A stretch of 64,000 nt of DNA, from NCBI GenBank assembly GCA_003344405.1, contig NOWV01000178.1:62001-126000 (forward strand). Reading direction: 5' to 3'. This document shows, in pieces, positions 24,173-38,830 of the stretch. The notes beneath the pieces were generated by a model, which made no database searches, had not been told where the DNA came from, and was given only the letters and a program-made list of their open reading frames with translations. The DNA is from Trichoplax sp. H2 (taxonomy: Eukaryota). The stretch's first letter is position 1, and every line of letters starts with the position of its first letter. The position numbers were made by a program, and so were the translations under genes.

Positions 24173-25488
24173 GGGGGGGGGGGGTCCGTAGCTACTCATA
24201 AATATGCAATAATATAGTTCCTGATATTAATAATTCATAACTTATAGCATGGGCTGCACGTAAATAGGCAGTACGTATACTGTAGTCCCTGGTAATAGCC
24301 ATCTTATTAGCTATTAATTATTACTTAATTACATCGAACATGTACGGTATCACATGCAAATGATCTAATATAATATAATATTATAATAGCAAGTTAATTA
24401 AATTAATTAGCTGTCAAAATGCTTTATTTACTGTTAGTGTGTTTGGCTACGTCACTTGAGAAACAGCATGCAATGCAGTTCAACTGGCCTAACTGTTCGA
24501 GTGATTTATTAATCAATCATTCGTATGAAGCTTTAGTCCGTTTATACTGTAGAAGTACGCCTACGTGCAGTAGGTGTATATATCGGTGCGAGCATACAGT
24601 CATACAGTATACAAATTGACCTAAAATGAGTCGGGCTTTTTTCTATTATGTACATATATCAATTTCAGCAACTTCCTAAAATGAAGTTTTGCGATAGACG
24701 TATACAGAATGTCCACTGTGGACTGAACTTTTACGCAGGGCTGCGAAACACTCTCTCTCATTTAAAATGAATTCACTCCTCTCTTTTCGATTAGGAGAGA
24801 AATACTATATTTACTACAGTACTCTAGTGGATATCAAGGGTTATTACTACTATAGTCATTGCTATTGGAATATCAGAATATGAATACTACTTCGTTATCC
24901 GCCCCTTGTTGGCGATTTACAAGTTCGTACGTGCCCTATTTAGGAATTCTACTATATCACAATAGATGCAATATACATCCAGACGGACATTATAGCAAAT
25001 TGTCACCGTAGATGCGCTACTATAATTTCTCGCTCGTGATAATTAACATCAATGTACCGCTAATGTTCGTCCTTGAATATTATGTATGTGTAATGCTACA
25101 CCTGCTGCTCGCACTTTGCAGTACTTGATACCTTAATTTGCATTGAGAGTGCATTTATAGTCTTATACTGTAGCACAGACCTCTGCATATAACATAATCA
25201 TAGGCGACAATGTTATTATACTGTCAATTTTGAAAGTTTACTTAGCACTACTAGACACACGTATTCAATTAGCATGATTCCAACAATGTTAAATTAACTT
25301 TGTTTCTAGGTTTAGCCATTACTGTACATTCCGTCACTAGAGGTTAATGCTTCAGCATCATACCGTATTACTTAATATAGAATCACAAATAACTGCAATG
25401 CATTACGGATGATAGTAAACCTTAAAAAATACATTGCACTGTACCACATAGATTATACTGGTTATATCACAGTTCAGTAAAAGAACGA

Positions 25489-25860
25489 TTTTCAAAATTG
25501 TCAAGTAATAGCGTTGTTAACATCGATCATAGCTATAAATGCAGTACGAACATCTTTGGCAGGAAGCAGTGTTCCTGATTATGTCTTGGATTTGTAGCTC
25601 AGCGATAGTTGAATAGTTGCTTACTGTACTTTATAGTATACGAATATAGACAAAAGTAATTGTAATATGAGAGCAGACTTTACACGTACAATGTACGTTA
25701 TATTGGATAGTGTTGCACGTATTACTCTTGCATAAAGTGAAAATTTTTAAAATTGGCAAGCATCAGTCTTGTTAACATCAATAATGGCTAAACATGATGC
25801 ATGAACATCTCTAGTAGGAAGCGATGTTCCTGATCATGTCTTGGGTCTTTAGTACAGTAG
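25489..25860. repeat. Degenerate direct duplication (~255-bp spacing)
   Basis: AAAATTG.CAAG...TTGTTAACATC...GAACATCT...AGGAAGC..TGTTCCTGAT.ATGTCTTGG at ~25490-25590 and ~25745-25845. Confidence 0.75.
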
Positions 25861-27440
25861 TACAGTAATTTTAGATATTGACCCAGGAAAGAACTTTGAT
25901 TATATTCAGCGCTGTAGTTTAATGGTGGACTTAGCACCCTGAATGAAGTCCAAGTATTATTTAAATACGCTTGCATTGAATTTATTACAAACTACTAAAT
26001 TATTACGATTTAATCACTCGTTTGTCAGTATATTGTTCCGACTGGAAATACAGCAACTGTATGTAGCCGATTACAAACTTACCAATATGCACATAATATG
26101 GAATAATAAAGCAGAAAAAGAAATTTTCGACTGCTCGATTAAACTTTACAATTGACATCAACACAACAAAGATCACATCTATCTCACATCATCACAAAAA
26201 CACTTACAAAAGAAAAAACAGATACAGCATAGCTACGCAAACTTTATTGGTACAAGGGCATCAAAATCTCACAAATAGTTCATTTCGCTATTCAACGATA
26301 TGCTGACACATATCGTTGCCAACAGTTGACCATATACATTGGTTACTTTAAAGTCATATATATCTGTTTTTGAATTAATTTAAAATAGATATTGATAGGT
26401 AATAACTCTAACGCTGGACCAATCAAATGTTGCACTTCAAAACCGATTGAAAGAAAAATACAATTAAGCTGCTTGATATGGCATAATAGTTCCAATCACA
26501 TTTCTTATCCCGTACTTACAGTAATGCAAATGCAATATTCATTTCTAAAGAATACATTATTGTACTAATATTGTAATTATAAATAAATACAAATAATATT
26601 ACCATTGACACACTACGAACATCAATCCAACAATTAATATACTACTGTATGATAGCACTATTAGAATCATCGATGCCCTATTTAGATGTAACAAAAGTCC
26701 AGTATATATTATAGATGATGCAAAACTAAATTACAGCATACTATACTTCGCATGTTGTAAATATTTTTTTTTTTTGCAAGAAATGATAAATATAAGCAAG
26801 AGTTTAATTCTAAATATGTCATGAACACCTAATACAGTGCTTTACGTACTCTAATCAGTACATTAAATCAGCTAATCTCAACGTCTTCCAAGTTGTTAAT
26901 TATTGCTTTTAATAGTTACCCTTATAGAGTAATTTAAACCGAAGCAATTGCGCTCTATTTGACAATTGCCCTGCTCAATATTGCTAAAACCAATTCAGTT
27001 CATGTCGACTATATATTTCGACAGTATCGTTTAAAATGGGTAAAAATAATTTGATCGATCAATCCTAACTGTTAGCGATAAGTACGGTATTGTAACTACT
27101 ACTACATATTCTACAAATACTAATAATAACAGCAAATACACAACGTCGTATACGTATAAATACGGATTGAGCGGTGTAAATCCTAATTATTGGTATCGTT
27201 ATCTTTTTAGCACTTGAAAGTAGTGTTGGGCGATAATTAGGAATCCGCAATAACGTACGTGGAAAAACGATCGTAGAAACTCACTTGATACAAATAGATA
27301 TCATCAGCAATCGATGACCTATAAAATAATATCGTTTTGTCACGTAAACATAACACAGTGGAATTAATTTACAAAAAAATCGGAAAATTCGATAAATAGT
27401 TATTGAACAACGTCAACTAATGGACTTCGACGCTTTTTTT

Positions 27441-30400
27441 TTAAAATCCTGGTATATGACAATACGATTCAAGAGAAGATAAAATTATGTACAAAAGCCA
27501 TAAGAATATAAAAAAGACTGCTGTTGCATACTTTGGTCCTCTTGGTCCTCCTAATTCACCACCGACAGATTTCGTCCTCCTTAACATTAAAACTGCGATA
27601 CAAACAATGGCTACAGCGCAAAATATGGTCACTGAGAAAGCCAATGAACCAGAAGGGACGTAAAATTTTTCACCTTTTATTGCATTAGCAACAGCAGCGA
27701 CGCACCAAGCGAGACCTAAGCCCAAGAATACATTAACAGAATTACTACCGGTCACATTACCGATGGAAGAATCGGCGTATTTGTCATTAACTGCTGCAGT
27801 TTTGCTGGCAAATGTATCTAGAATAACGGGTATACAACGTTTATTAGGTTAGTATGATAACACAATCACCTTCCTATCATGCTAGAGACATGCGAGAATT
27901 TTACCTGGTAGACTTGTACCAAGAGCAACAAAAGTTATGGCAGTTACACTATCTTTCAGGCCAACAGTACAACCGAAATGCGAAGCTAAATCGCCAATAA
28001 ATGTTGTTAAGATACCAATCATAATAATAGATACACAAAAGCAGGCCCATCCTCCCCAGATTTCCGTTGGTGGTACAAGAGCGAAAATTAATTTCCAAAA
28101 GATAGTTAAGTAATGCATGATGTAGTCAGTGCAAGTCGGTTTAGTCTCTTCATCATCATCATCATCGTCATTATCACCACCATTAACTGTCAAAGCAGCA
28201 CTAAAATCAATTATTCATCAATGGATAAAAAAATGATGTTAGTATTAGCAGTTACACGAGAATTCAATCATGCTAACATAGGTACGAGAGCGTTTCGAAT
28301 GGAAAATAATTCCGATAATTTAGAAGTAATTTATACCGAAATTGTTCGCGCCAAGTTGACGTCCCGATAGCCATAGCTAAATTAGCTTTTTTTAACAATT
28401 TATCAACCGTATTTTTAAACTCGTGACTTTCAATAATTGTAACTTCTGCTTCTTTATAGGGGCCCAATGATGGATTAACATCAATAGGTTGATTTCCGGT
28501 CGTTTTAGCGACGTGATTTCTTTCCTTTTCAATACGTTTCTTATCCTTAAAGTATGGTTCACCCAAAAGGACGTAGAAGATTTCATTCTTTTCATATTCT
28601 TCGTCATCAACGATATGCACCTCAATGGTTTTGCTAAAGATACATGTTAAAAATGTAATAGAGTCTAATTAATAAGCAAGTTGTACAATAACATCTAAAT
28701 CTTCCTGCCTTAGCTAATAGTTATAATTGTTGTCCAATACAGTAGTTATACAAATCAATTATAAACAAGTGATAGATTGATAGTTACTAGTAGTACTTAC
28801 GAAGTTTCATCGTTTTTAAATTCAAGTTCACCAACTGCATCTTCATAATCGTCGCCGCCTCCCTTAGCTGTTCCTTCCTTAGTATGATAAGGCACTCGAA
28901 TGGTACCACGTGCACCAGATTTACGCTCGACTGTAAGTGATAATGTTCCAGCGGTTTCAATAACTGAATATTTACTTTCAGAGAAAGAAAATACACCAGG
29001 ATGATCATCGTCTAAGATAACAACCGTTGCTGTTGATGGTGACTCTATTACACATTTTTGCTCATTATCTGTAGTGGAAACAAATTTGGCATTGCTCAAC
29101 AAAACATAAAAGTACTCATCTTCCTCGTAGATATCATCATCTATAATTGTAATTTTGATATCTTTACGACTCTCTCCAGCTTTAAAACGCAATGTGCCAT
29201 TAGTAGTTACATAATCTTCGCCGGAATTGGCTGTTCCATCTTGTGTTTTGTAATCAACAGTTAGAACGTTATTTAAGTTACCAGTTCGTTCAACAGTTAC
29301 ACCTACTGTACCACAGTTTTCTAAAACTGTGTACTTCTCTGGTGAGAAGTAGATCTGAGTAAGACTGCATTTCTCAATGTCTTCCGGATCTACATTTCCA
29401 TCAGGGTTAGCTGGAAGGCTCATTTTTCGCTGCTTGATTACATTTCCACTTCCAGTGAGTTTACGCGTGGCTTGAATGCGATAATAAGCACGTGATTTCG
29501 GTTGATATTTTAAAGCTTCATAACTAGCTAATTCTTCAATTTCTTTTGCAGTGGCATTGGGATGATTTTGCTTAATCTCTTTAACAATTTGCATAGCCTT
29601 TTTTCGACGCATTTCATCATTCTTTTCTGAATCTACATCATCGATGCTATCGACATCGTACATTGGGTTATTCTTACAGACAGAATTTAAACCTTCACTA
29701 TCGCGCTCTTCTTTAGGAGATCTCATAATAATAGAATCAGGTTCGACTATGACAGCGCGATTTTTTCCATCAGCACGATATTTTTTGCTTAATTTCTTAA
29801 ATGATAGGAGCTGACGATCAGCAACCCAAGCAATGGTAACTAATATCGGAAAGAAAAGTAAAGTAACGACAGCTTCCCAAATATCGATGACATCACGTGA
29901 TATCCCTTTCAATATCAACAGCAACCATAAATAAGCAAAGACTGAACATGATGCTGTAATAAAGAATACTGATAAGTGTTTAATTCGTCGAATTTCATCA
30001 TCTGGAATAGCTAATACACAAAGTGCAGTGATGATCAATAAATTAAAAGCCGCAGAACCAACGATGGTTGAGGGACCAAGGTCTCCAGGTTTAAAATTGT
30101 TACCACAAATTTCAATTATTGATAATAAAATTTCAGGAGCAGACGAACCCAATGCCATTAAAGTAAGATTGGAAACAGTTTCATTCCAGACACGAACGCT
30201 GATCCTTTTATACTCGCCGTTGCTCATTTTAACCTTGATAAAACGCTCTTTCGACGTTATAATTTCAATTGCAGACATAAAACGGTCAGATATTATAGAT
30301 ACTCCGATGAAGAAAAAAAATAAACTAAAAAAGTAGACGATAGTGCGACCAACTCTTTCGCCAGTACTTAATGGTAAAATATTTCCTTTAGAGTCCTTTG

Positions 30401-30617
30401 GATATGGCCAGTGAGGTAAAAATAAGCCATTTTTACATCGAGTTGTGGTATTGCATGCGATGAGCCTTTTTTCAGCATCAGATAGAGTAGGAGTAGAAGT
30501 TGAATTTATTGTGGAGACATCGCGTTCACTAATGATACTACTACCAAGTGTAGGATCGACTTTAAAGTTAAGCACGACGACGGCAATCACCCATAAAAGG
30601 GCACTAAATAATTGCAT
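27441..30617 (-). CDS. SLC8A: Sodium/calcium exchanger (SLC8/NCX), ~928 aa; exons 30617-28801, 28633-28337, 28200-27905, 27817-27441
   Basis: Signal peptide; alpha-1 repeat (NLTLMALGSSAPEILLS...GSAAFN); XIP-like RQLLSFKKLSKKYRA; two Calx-beta domains (IIDDDIYEEDEYF, ILDDDHPG, IVDDEEYEKNE); alpha-2 repeat (FVALGTSLPDTFASK...GNVTGSNSVNVFLG). Acceptor CTCTTACAG lies just upstream of the ATG. Confidence 0.97.
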
Positions 30618-33600
30618 CTTTAGAGGCTGTAAGAGTACGTTGAAATGGTATTAGTTTAATGGATAGTACAAAAGAGAAAGAAAATACAATCATCAATAAT
30701 TTTAAACTTGAAAAAATGATACAAGTAAGCACATCAAGTTATCCTCGTCATTTTCGATACAATCAGTGACAAATACCTAAGATGATGCAATAATTGCTAA
30801 GCTGTCCTGGTTCTTGCGTATTTAACCTTAATCAAAGGAAAGAGATTAATAAATTACCGAGGTTATTATGATAAATCTATCCATACGAGCATCAAAAAGC
30901 TTGTGTGTTTTTATTCCTTCAAATAAATGATATCGCATCATAATTAGTTGATGTGTCGCATATAGCGTTTACTGTTTTATATTTATTTGATATGAAGTCT
31001 TGTTACAATCAATTCGATAAAGGAAATCGCAATTTTTTGGGGGAGTTGGTGCTAGTCTAGTTCATGCACGCTTTCATGATTAGATTAATAATTAATTGCA
31101 TAGCTGTAGTATTTTTAAATAAAAAGCATACATTATTATAAATGGCATCACAGATGATATTATAGTTAGCATTGTCATTAAGCCAGATGAGTACTATCAT
31201 GAGAAATGGAATGATGTTGATGCAGTGATGGGTAATGTACTAGTTGATAATTTTGGTCGGCCAATGCTCCTAAACCAGTCGGCAATGAAACTACTGCTAT
31301 TACAGCTGTACACCGTACAGTTTGTTAAGAAGAGGTTAGGATTCTCGGCAGTAAGTTAATTTGATAGCATGATTGAATTTTAAATTCCTATACAATACTG
31401 GCAGATTTCTAATCGTAATCAGGCCAAACGATTTTCGATTAAGAACAGGCTTACACTACTGGTACAATATTTCAGATGCGACTATCGTTGGTGATAATTT
31501 CGGCTACTTTAAAACTTTGCAACATTGACACTGCGGATTTTGCAAGAGATTCGGGTGCTATCGTAAAAGACAATCATTGTTTTGTTGAAAATGAATGCTA
31601 TAGCACCGTTCACGGGAGAAAAAGTACTGCAGTATTGTTGCTAGCGTCGTCGTTTATTGATTTTACAATACCAACGCTCTCTTTTACAGTAGTAAAGTAC
31701 ACGAAGGTTTACAATAACAGGCATTGCATAATGGATTGAAATCTCTTCTAAAACCCTGCTTTGTATCGTTTATTATGGTAGATAGAACAAGGCAATAAAT
31801 AATTTAGTGTCTATTTGTGGAGAATCTGGATTTGGCCTATATTAAATTGTCTTTTTTAGTCTAACTAAGGGTAGTATTCTTTATTCTATGGCCAATACTT
31901 TACGATAAAATGATATCGTGTATTTTCGGGGGTGAATTCGAACGTCAATATTAGATCAGTTGGTATAGAAGTACAGTACAGTATTGATTGCAACCATGAG
32001 AGAGAGAAACGTTATCTTCTTATTCATGATATTTATAATTAATGAATGCTTCTCAACGTTGCGGACACATTGGGATAAGAATTGAATCAAGCGAAAGGGA
32101 TAGCAGTTTGGATGTACAGTACTGTACAGTCGTATATCATTGACTGCAGCTGTCCATACAGTATTGTACACCTGATTACGGTCTGGTCTGAAATGGTTTC
32201 CAATTTTAACAGTGCAGTGTAAGCAAGCTAACATGGTAGAAGTTGCTGTGAGTTCAAGAAGTTCTATGCATACAGTAGTAATAATAATTCAACTAACATT
32301 GGTGAAAAGGTTTGAAAGGTTATCGAAAATAGCGAGGAGGACATACATCACTCCTGAGAGCGAACCTTGCATGATCTTGATTGAGAAAATCATAGCCTGA
32401 GGATGAATAGTAGTACTGGCGTTGTCGTGGAATAATGGATACAATGGCGTTCTGTTTTACCACAGGCTGTCCATTGCAGACGCTCCTTGCGATTGAATTC
32501 ATAATAAAAAAGCAAATTGAAAGCACCAAAGTCTCCTTGCATTGCTCATCTTATTGCCTACATAAATGTTATTTTACCACCCTCGTACATTATTCCATCG
32601 CTATCCAATATTGAAATCAGTCGAGTACGATCTCGTACCATTTGAAAGGATTGCTTGTCATGGGAACCATGGAGACAGAAAGGAAAAAGCTGGTGAGTTG
32701 TTTCTTCTATCTCTATGACGGGGGTACTATAGTACAGTACAGTACATCATCTTTCATTTCCTTTCACATACGTTGACAGGGACAAAATGGAAGGAAAACT
32801 AACGTGCAAATACAGTCGTTGAAACCCCTATTTTACGAAAATAACATGACTCCATGGTGAATTTGCCAATCTTCCAGCCTGGGCTTGTCTATGACGGACT
32901 ACCAAAGATATCTTGAATTAAACTCGGGAAGATAACCACTGTGGACACTGGCAGACTACAGTCGAGTCGAACATGAGATCCGACCATTGTACTGTAGCAT
33001 GAGTGACTCTGTACTGTACGTTACAGTACAAATATTAGCACAGTGCGATTGCGTAAACTGTTGTTGATGCACTGCGTCATCAGCAAGCTTTGACGGCATA
33101 CTGTACGACTGAAGCAGTACAGTGATAGCCGTTCATCCAGGACAGCACGAATAGTACGGTACTGTAGAGTAGAGTGTAGAGTACATGTTACTCTACACTC
33201 TAAGACTCTCCAGGTTTCCACTGGGCTTTTGCCAATAGTCTAACTTGTCCATAGTGTACGACTTGTTCATTTATCCCGTACCAGTAACACCCCTACTGTC
33301 ATGCCCTACAGTAACATTGGAATACTGTACACTGTAAAGTAGGTGGTTGCATCGAAGATGAAAACTGGGCCAGGACTGAAATTGAAAGGGACAAAGGCTC
33401 CCTAAAATGGTTCATTGGATACTCTACTGTTTAAAAATGATGCCGTGATACAATTCTGTATGATAATATGATGATGATATTCGACGATAGAATAGTATGG
33501 ATTTTATTCAATTGAAAAGTCCATCGGTAGAAAGAAATGGGGATTTTGGATGAGTAGGTGTCATGACGAAGATGGCATGCATGCCATTTCCAATTCATGA

Positions 33601-36600
33601 ATATCTGGGTAGGAAAAAATCCTACGTTGATTGCAGCCTAGCCAACTTCTACAATACTAGACGTTTGGTAGGTTGTGGAGTATGTGGCATAAGTCTGGCA
33701 TTAGACTAGGATTACAAATATAACATTGTATTTTATCCAACAGTATAGGCGTCTACTGTACAAAGCAGTCGTACACTAAACAACGCTGTCTATGAAAATA
33801 AATGCATCGAGAGATCCTTTACTAGGTGCGCGTTTTTTTCTTGAATGGGCTGTCAGCTGTTGGTATCTGAACATGGTGAACTTCCGTCGATTCCAATCTA
33901 TGTACACTGTAATGGATCGATAGTCATTGCTGTATAGACGAAGTTGTCGTCATAATTTCAATTATTCTACTAGCCAATTCATTGGAGACTGTTGTCGCGG
34001 TATAAAAAAAAAAAACATACGGTTGGCTATCGTACTTCATTAAGTGGTCATCGTTCAATGTCGTACTTAAATAAACTATAGCTTGATCTTATTATAATAA
34101 CATATATTATACATAATAGGAATTGACTCAGACGCTGTAGCATCGCTCTTCCATACAAACGCGTAGACAACCTTGGACGGCAAAAAAGTAACCCAATATA
34201 GGTGTACTTTCGTCATAGGTAGGTTGATCCAACCTCTTTCCATCATTCTATCATATTGCTGAACTGATGAATCGACGACGTATACTACGTATTGTACAGG
34301 CCTTCATTTACAGCTACCAAAAAATGTAGGCTGCACAAGAAAAAGCAACACTGTCCAATTTTGGGTAGGCATCCATTTCATCATTCCCTCATACTCATCC
34401 ATATTTGTAGGCACATTGTCAATCAGATTATCACATAAACGGTATCCAAATTAAAGCTTTGAATACGTCCTACATGGTATTTTAATCACTACAAGGCCAT
34501 ACCTTCCTTTGTCGTCTTTGATGTATCCGACTGGTTGAGTCCAAGCTTGGAAAGGCGGCTTACAAATGATAGCCGTATCTCCTATGGAGTGTAGAGTATA
34601 GTATACAGACGACGATCCAGTCGATAGGCTGTAGTTTGTAGACTATCTTCTATAAAAGATTCCAACAAAATTCAAGTGGAAAGACAATAATTTCAAGCTG
34701 GAATTCAATCTTTCTCTATCCAATAGACACGATGCGCCTAAGCTTCCAGTAATAATCAATCGATCTCCACCGGCAGCTTGGAAAAAATAAAATTCGACTT
34801 TGTTTTCCACTGCTACACTACAAGCTGTAATGTATACTTTAAGCACTGACACGATTGGCGTCGGCAATGGATACCGTACCGTTCCAGTAGTGGAATAAGA
34901 GTGGTGCGATCGTTGTACGACGTCAGATCGTAGCATACAATACTGTACTGTACAGTAAACAAGAGTTTGTATAGTCCATGCTACAGTACTGTGCACTGTA
35001 CGACCGTGGATTCAAAGTACTGTATACAGCGCGTCAGTTCTTGTACCACGTACTGTACTGTCAGCACACGGCGATAGAGAGAAAGAGTGTAGGAGAGAAT
35101 GTTCCCTGTGGTAGAGGATGAAACGCTTGCACTCGCCATACTAACGCCGTAGTTTAGCAGGCCTCCATCATACCTAATCCTAGTGGTAAAGTGGACATTG
35201 ATCGACTAGAAGCAATTGCTCATCAATTCAAAATAGAGTCATTAATTAATTTATTGTAGATTCAATTTGGCAGTTTGCAAAGGTAAAAAGGGACAAATAG
35301 ACACTACAGTAATCCACTCAAGTGCCAACCTTGAAATTGATTCTCTTCATAGTGAGCCATAATCCACTGGCAGAGGGTTAGTGAGTCACTGAGTGAGTGG
35401 GAGGCTCTATCACCATTACCACTACGGTCCTCCCCCCACCCCCCAGTCTTCAAAATAGTCGATTCGATTAACTTACAAAGATGCAATTATAATTTTGCAA
35501 TGACAGTCATCAACTATTTTTCCATCGTCAATTTACAATCTTTCATCCTATTTAGCAGTAATGGCTGACTGGTTTGATCCATCATGTTGCCTTGTATCCA
35601 AGACAGCCAACCAGTAAGCCACAGTCAACACAAAGTATAGCTAGGCAATTTTTTTTCTCTCTCCTTCGTTGTAGTTTTTACCGTCTGCTGGATAGACTAC
35701 ATGCGAGTACAAAGGCTTTATTCATGTCTATAGTCAAAAGGAGCCTGTTCTTTTGGTGCTCAATATGGCCACTAAAGTGCACTGCAATACTATATACTGT
35801 CCATTCAATTGAATGTACAGTGGACAGTAGAGCACTAATATCAGCCAGCAAAGTAATCGTACAACGCCGTCGAATTCATCTTACTTCTCAAAACAAATAT
35901 TATTCTATAGCAATAATCACTATGTACACAAAAATAACTCTTCATTCACAGACTTTAGGCTCTCCTTATAGCTGTAAACGACATTGTCAATGGTATATCG
36001 TTCAGTGTACAGTATCACGGTAACTCAATGTCTAGAACAGTTTGTTAGATCATTCTTTAGGGGGGGGGGCAACAATGGCTTGCTACCGAGTCAAAAATAA
36101 GCGAGTTAAGCGTAAGGACTCGTGTACTAAATAGTAGAGCAATGAAAGAGTATAGTATACCATGCTGTCCTTCAAAAATCGAGCATAGTATCCTATCCTA
36201 ATCATGAAAGAGTACTTTTTCATCCCTATACACAATGGGATAAAGTAGAAAAGTTTCATTTTCCCCCTAATTGATGCGTTAAAGTCCGATATCAACACAA
36301 TTTTCCTCATCCTATTTGCTAAGTAGCGGCAATGGATGGATAACTAACATATTGATCACGCTTTGGATGGTTACTATCTAGTTCATAACAGTAATAACGT
36401 AGTCAATTTAAAAAGCAAGAGTTGATACGGTAGTAATATTGGGGTTTCCATATTCGCATCCTGAGCTTGCAACAATACACACAAAAATGTTATCGATAAA
36501 AATAAAGCCCTAAAACAGATGCGGATATTGTAAAAATGGATTACGGTATCAGCGAATCAAATAAGTGAGAGAAACAATTCAATTATGTAATATCTTGCCA

Positions 36601-38289
36601 ATAGATGTTTAAATTATTTATCCACTAATTGTGTATTTAGCTACCGTACAGTGAGATTTAGCTACTGTTTGATTATTATTCTACGCCATAATGCTGTACA
36701 TGATGAGCGTTTTTTCCTTTTTTTTTTGAACCATGTTATGGTATAGCATCACGGATGAGAAAGCCATAGACAGCTTTGAAATTCCATAGAAGAAAAATAG
36801 ATTATAGTAGACACAAACAATAGTATAGACGGAAGGATAGGTTAAAGCCGACTTTATATACAGTATAGAACTGCATATAATAGTCTAGTAGCAATTGAAA
36901 AGTTAGCTATGGGTATATCGATAGGTGTATCTTCTATCATCGATTGTATAGTTATACATGCATACAGTATTGTAAACGGGACAATCTCAACGATCAAGAA
37001 AGCCAATAATAACAGACTATCCAGTTTTCTATCGTTTATTATTACCGTTAAAATGAATTATTTTTAGCATTATAATTGCTGGAATACACCTGGAATTTTA
37101 GGCTTGTGATTTGTAATAGATAATTTCAAATTTGGTTAATACCATTAATACTAAAATTATCCTTAACTTGATTGGGTAATAATGATAAAGATAACAGTAG
37201 CGCTTATTAGTAGTGGACCCAGGTTATAAAATGTCAATAAAGGATAGAAAAATGGAAACTTTTCATCGCTGACTTATCTCCTAAGAGTGTCCGATACCTA
37301 CAAAAGCAATCCCGTAATTCTAAATGTTTATTAGGATTCGTCATAATCAATTTTTCCTTAATCCTATTATCATGTCAATTAAAATCAAGAAAATAATAGC
37401 CAATGACTTAACTAGAAGAACAATTCGTATCAATGTTTAGATCCAATAGAATGTTTTAGAAATTATAAGAAAATTAAAATATAATATTTTACCCATATTA
37501 CACCTTACACCGTCTTAGAAGACATTGATCTACAGTACAACTGTAATGACCAAGAAATTAGAAATCGAAAGATTTTTTTCAATGAAATGAATTATTCCAA
37601 CAATATGTTTTGTAGATAATATAATCAGGAGTCTCGTTAAAAAAGAGAATCAAAATATTAATTGCCACTGCTTAGGCACTATGGAGTAACTTTGTCTAAA
37701 TACAAAATAAAAAAATGAGCTGATTTACATTATTTGCTTTACAGACTAATACCGTCTGTACTTAAAAAGTCGTCGAAATAGAAGGAGAAAATTTGAAAAA
37801 ATGATGGATAAATTGAACTTTTTTATCGCTATTAATATAAAAATAAAAATAGGCTATTTGACCAATAGGAGATAGATCGAGTATATACTTTTAATCCAAT
37901 ATAAACTATTGATGCAATTTATAAAATGATGCTTCCTTTCCTTCATTATTTGCCCTATTACTCCTAGACTGCTGAAAAAATTTTCACTTTGGGGAAGAGG
38001 GATGCACCAAATTTTTAGAAATTTTATTCATTTATGCAATTGTACATCTTATAACAAAGAGATTAAAGAAACCGAAATATCCTGTTATTAATGATTGACA
38101 TCTGCAGCATCAGCTAGCAATAAATGATAGACTGTTAGAGAAAGATATTTTCTTGGTCTATAAATCATTTCAATTGTTCTACGAAATATCCTACTGTTAT
38201 ACATTACGTCTAAATACAGTATACGCGTATATCTGCATAAGTTTAAATGGAAAAGCGATAATTGGTCAACAAAATACGATACCAAAACT

Positions 38290-38830
38290 TCCTACTATAA
38301 TTTCATTATGGAAATAAATGACGTAACTTAATACTACAGATACCAACTGTTCCTTGCCTAATAGAATCCATACCAGTGATAATTGAATCAAGTTTAGAGC
38401 ATGGACACTATATTCTACATTATTTTCCTCTTTTCCATTCACTTATAGTAGGCCCAATTGGTTGCATAATAGAATTAAATAACTATGGTAATATTCATCT
38501 TCTGAATAAGAATTTTGACTCAATTGTGGAAGTACATGGTAAAGTATATATCTGCATATTTTTAAATACAAAAGCGATAATCAGTCCACAAAATATGACA
38601 GTAGAATTTCCTTCTACAAATCTATTATGAAAAATAAGTAACGTGACTCTGTGCTATCGATACTAGTTTTTCTTGCCTGATAGAATCCATATCAGTGATA
38701 ATTAAATCAAGTAGAGCATTGACACTCCATTCTATATTATTTTCCATCACTTTCCATCCCTTTCCAATGGATTTCATAATACGCATTATTAAGCATCTAT
38801 GGTAATATGCATAATCATCTACTTAAGACG
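38290..38830. repeat. Degenerate direct duplication (~320-bp spacing)
   Basis: TTGCCT(A/G)ATAGAATCCATA(C/T)CAGTGATAATT(G/A)AATCAAGT...TAGAGCAT.GACACT at ~38355 and ~38673. Confidence 0.8.

Noticed and set aside
31476-36310. Scattered 60-149 aa ORFs upstream of NCX
   Set aside because: Low-complexity translations driven by TACAGT/ACTGTA words; no family resemblance or exon chain found.
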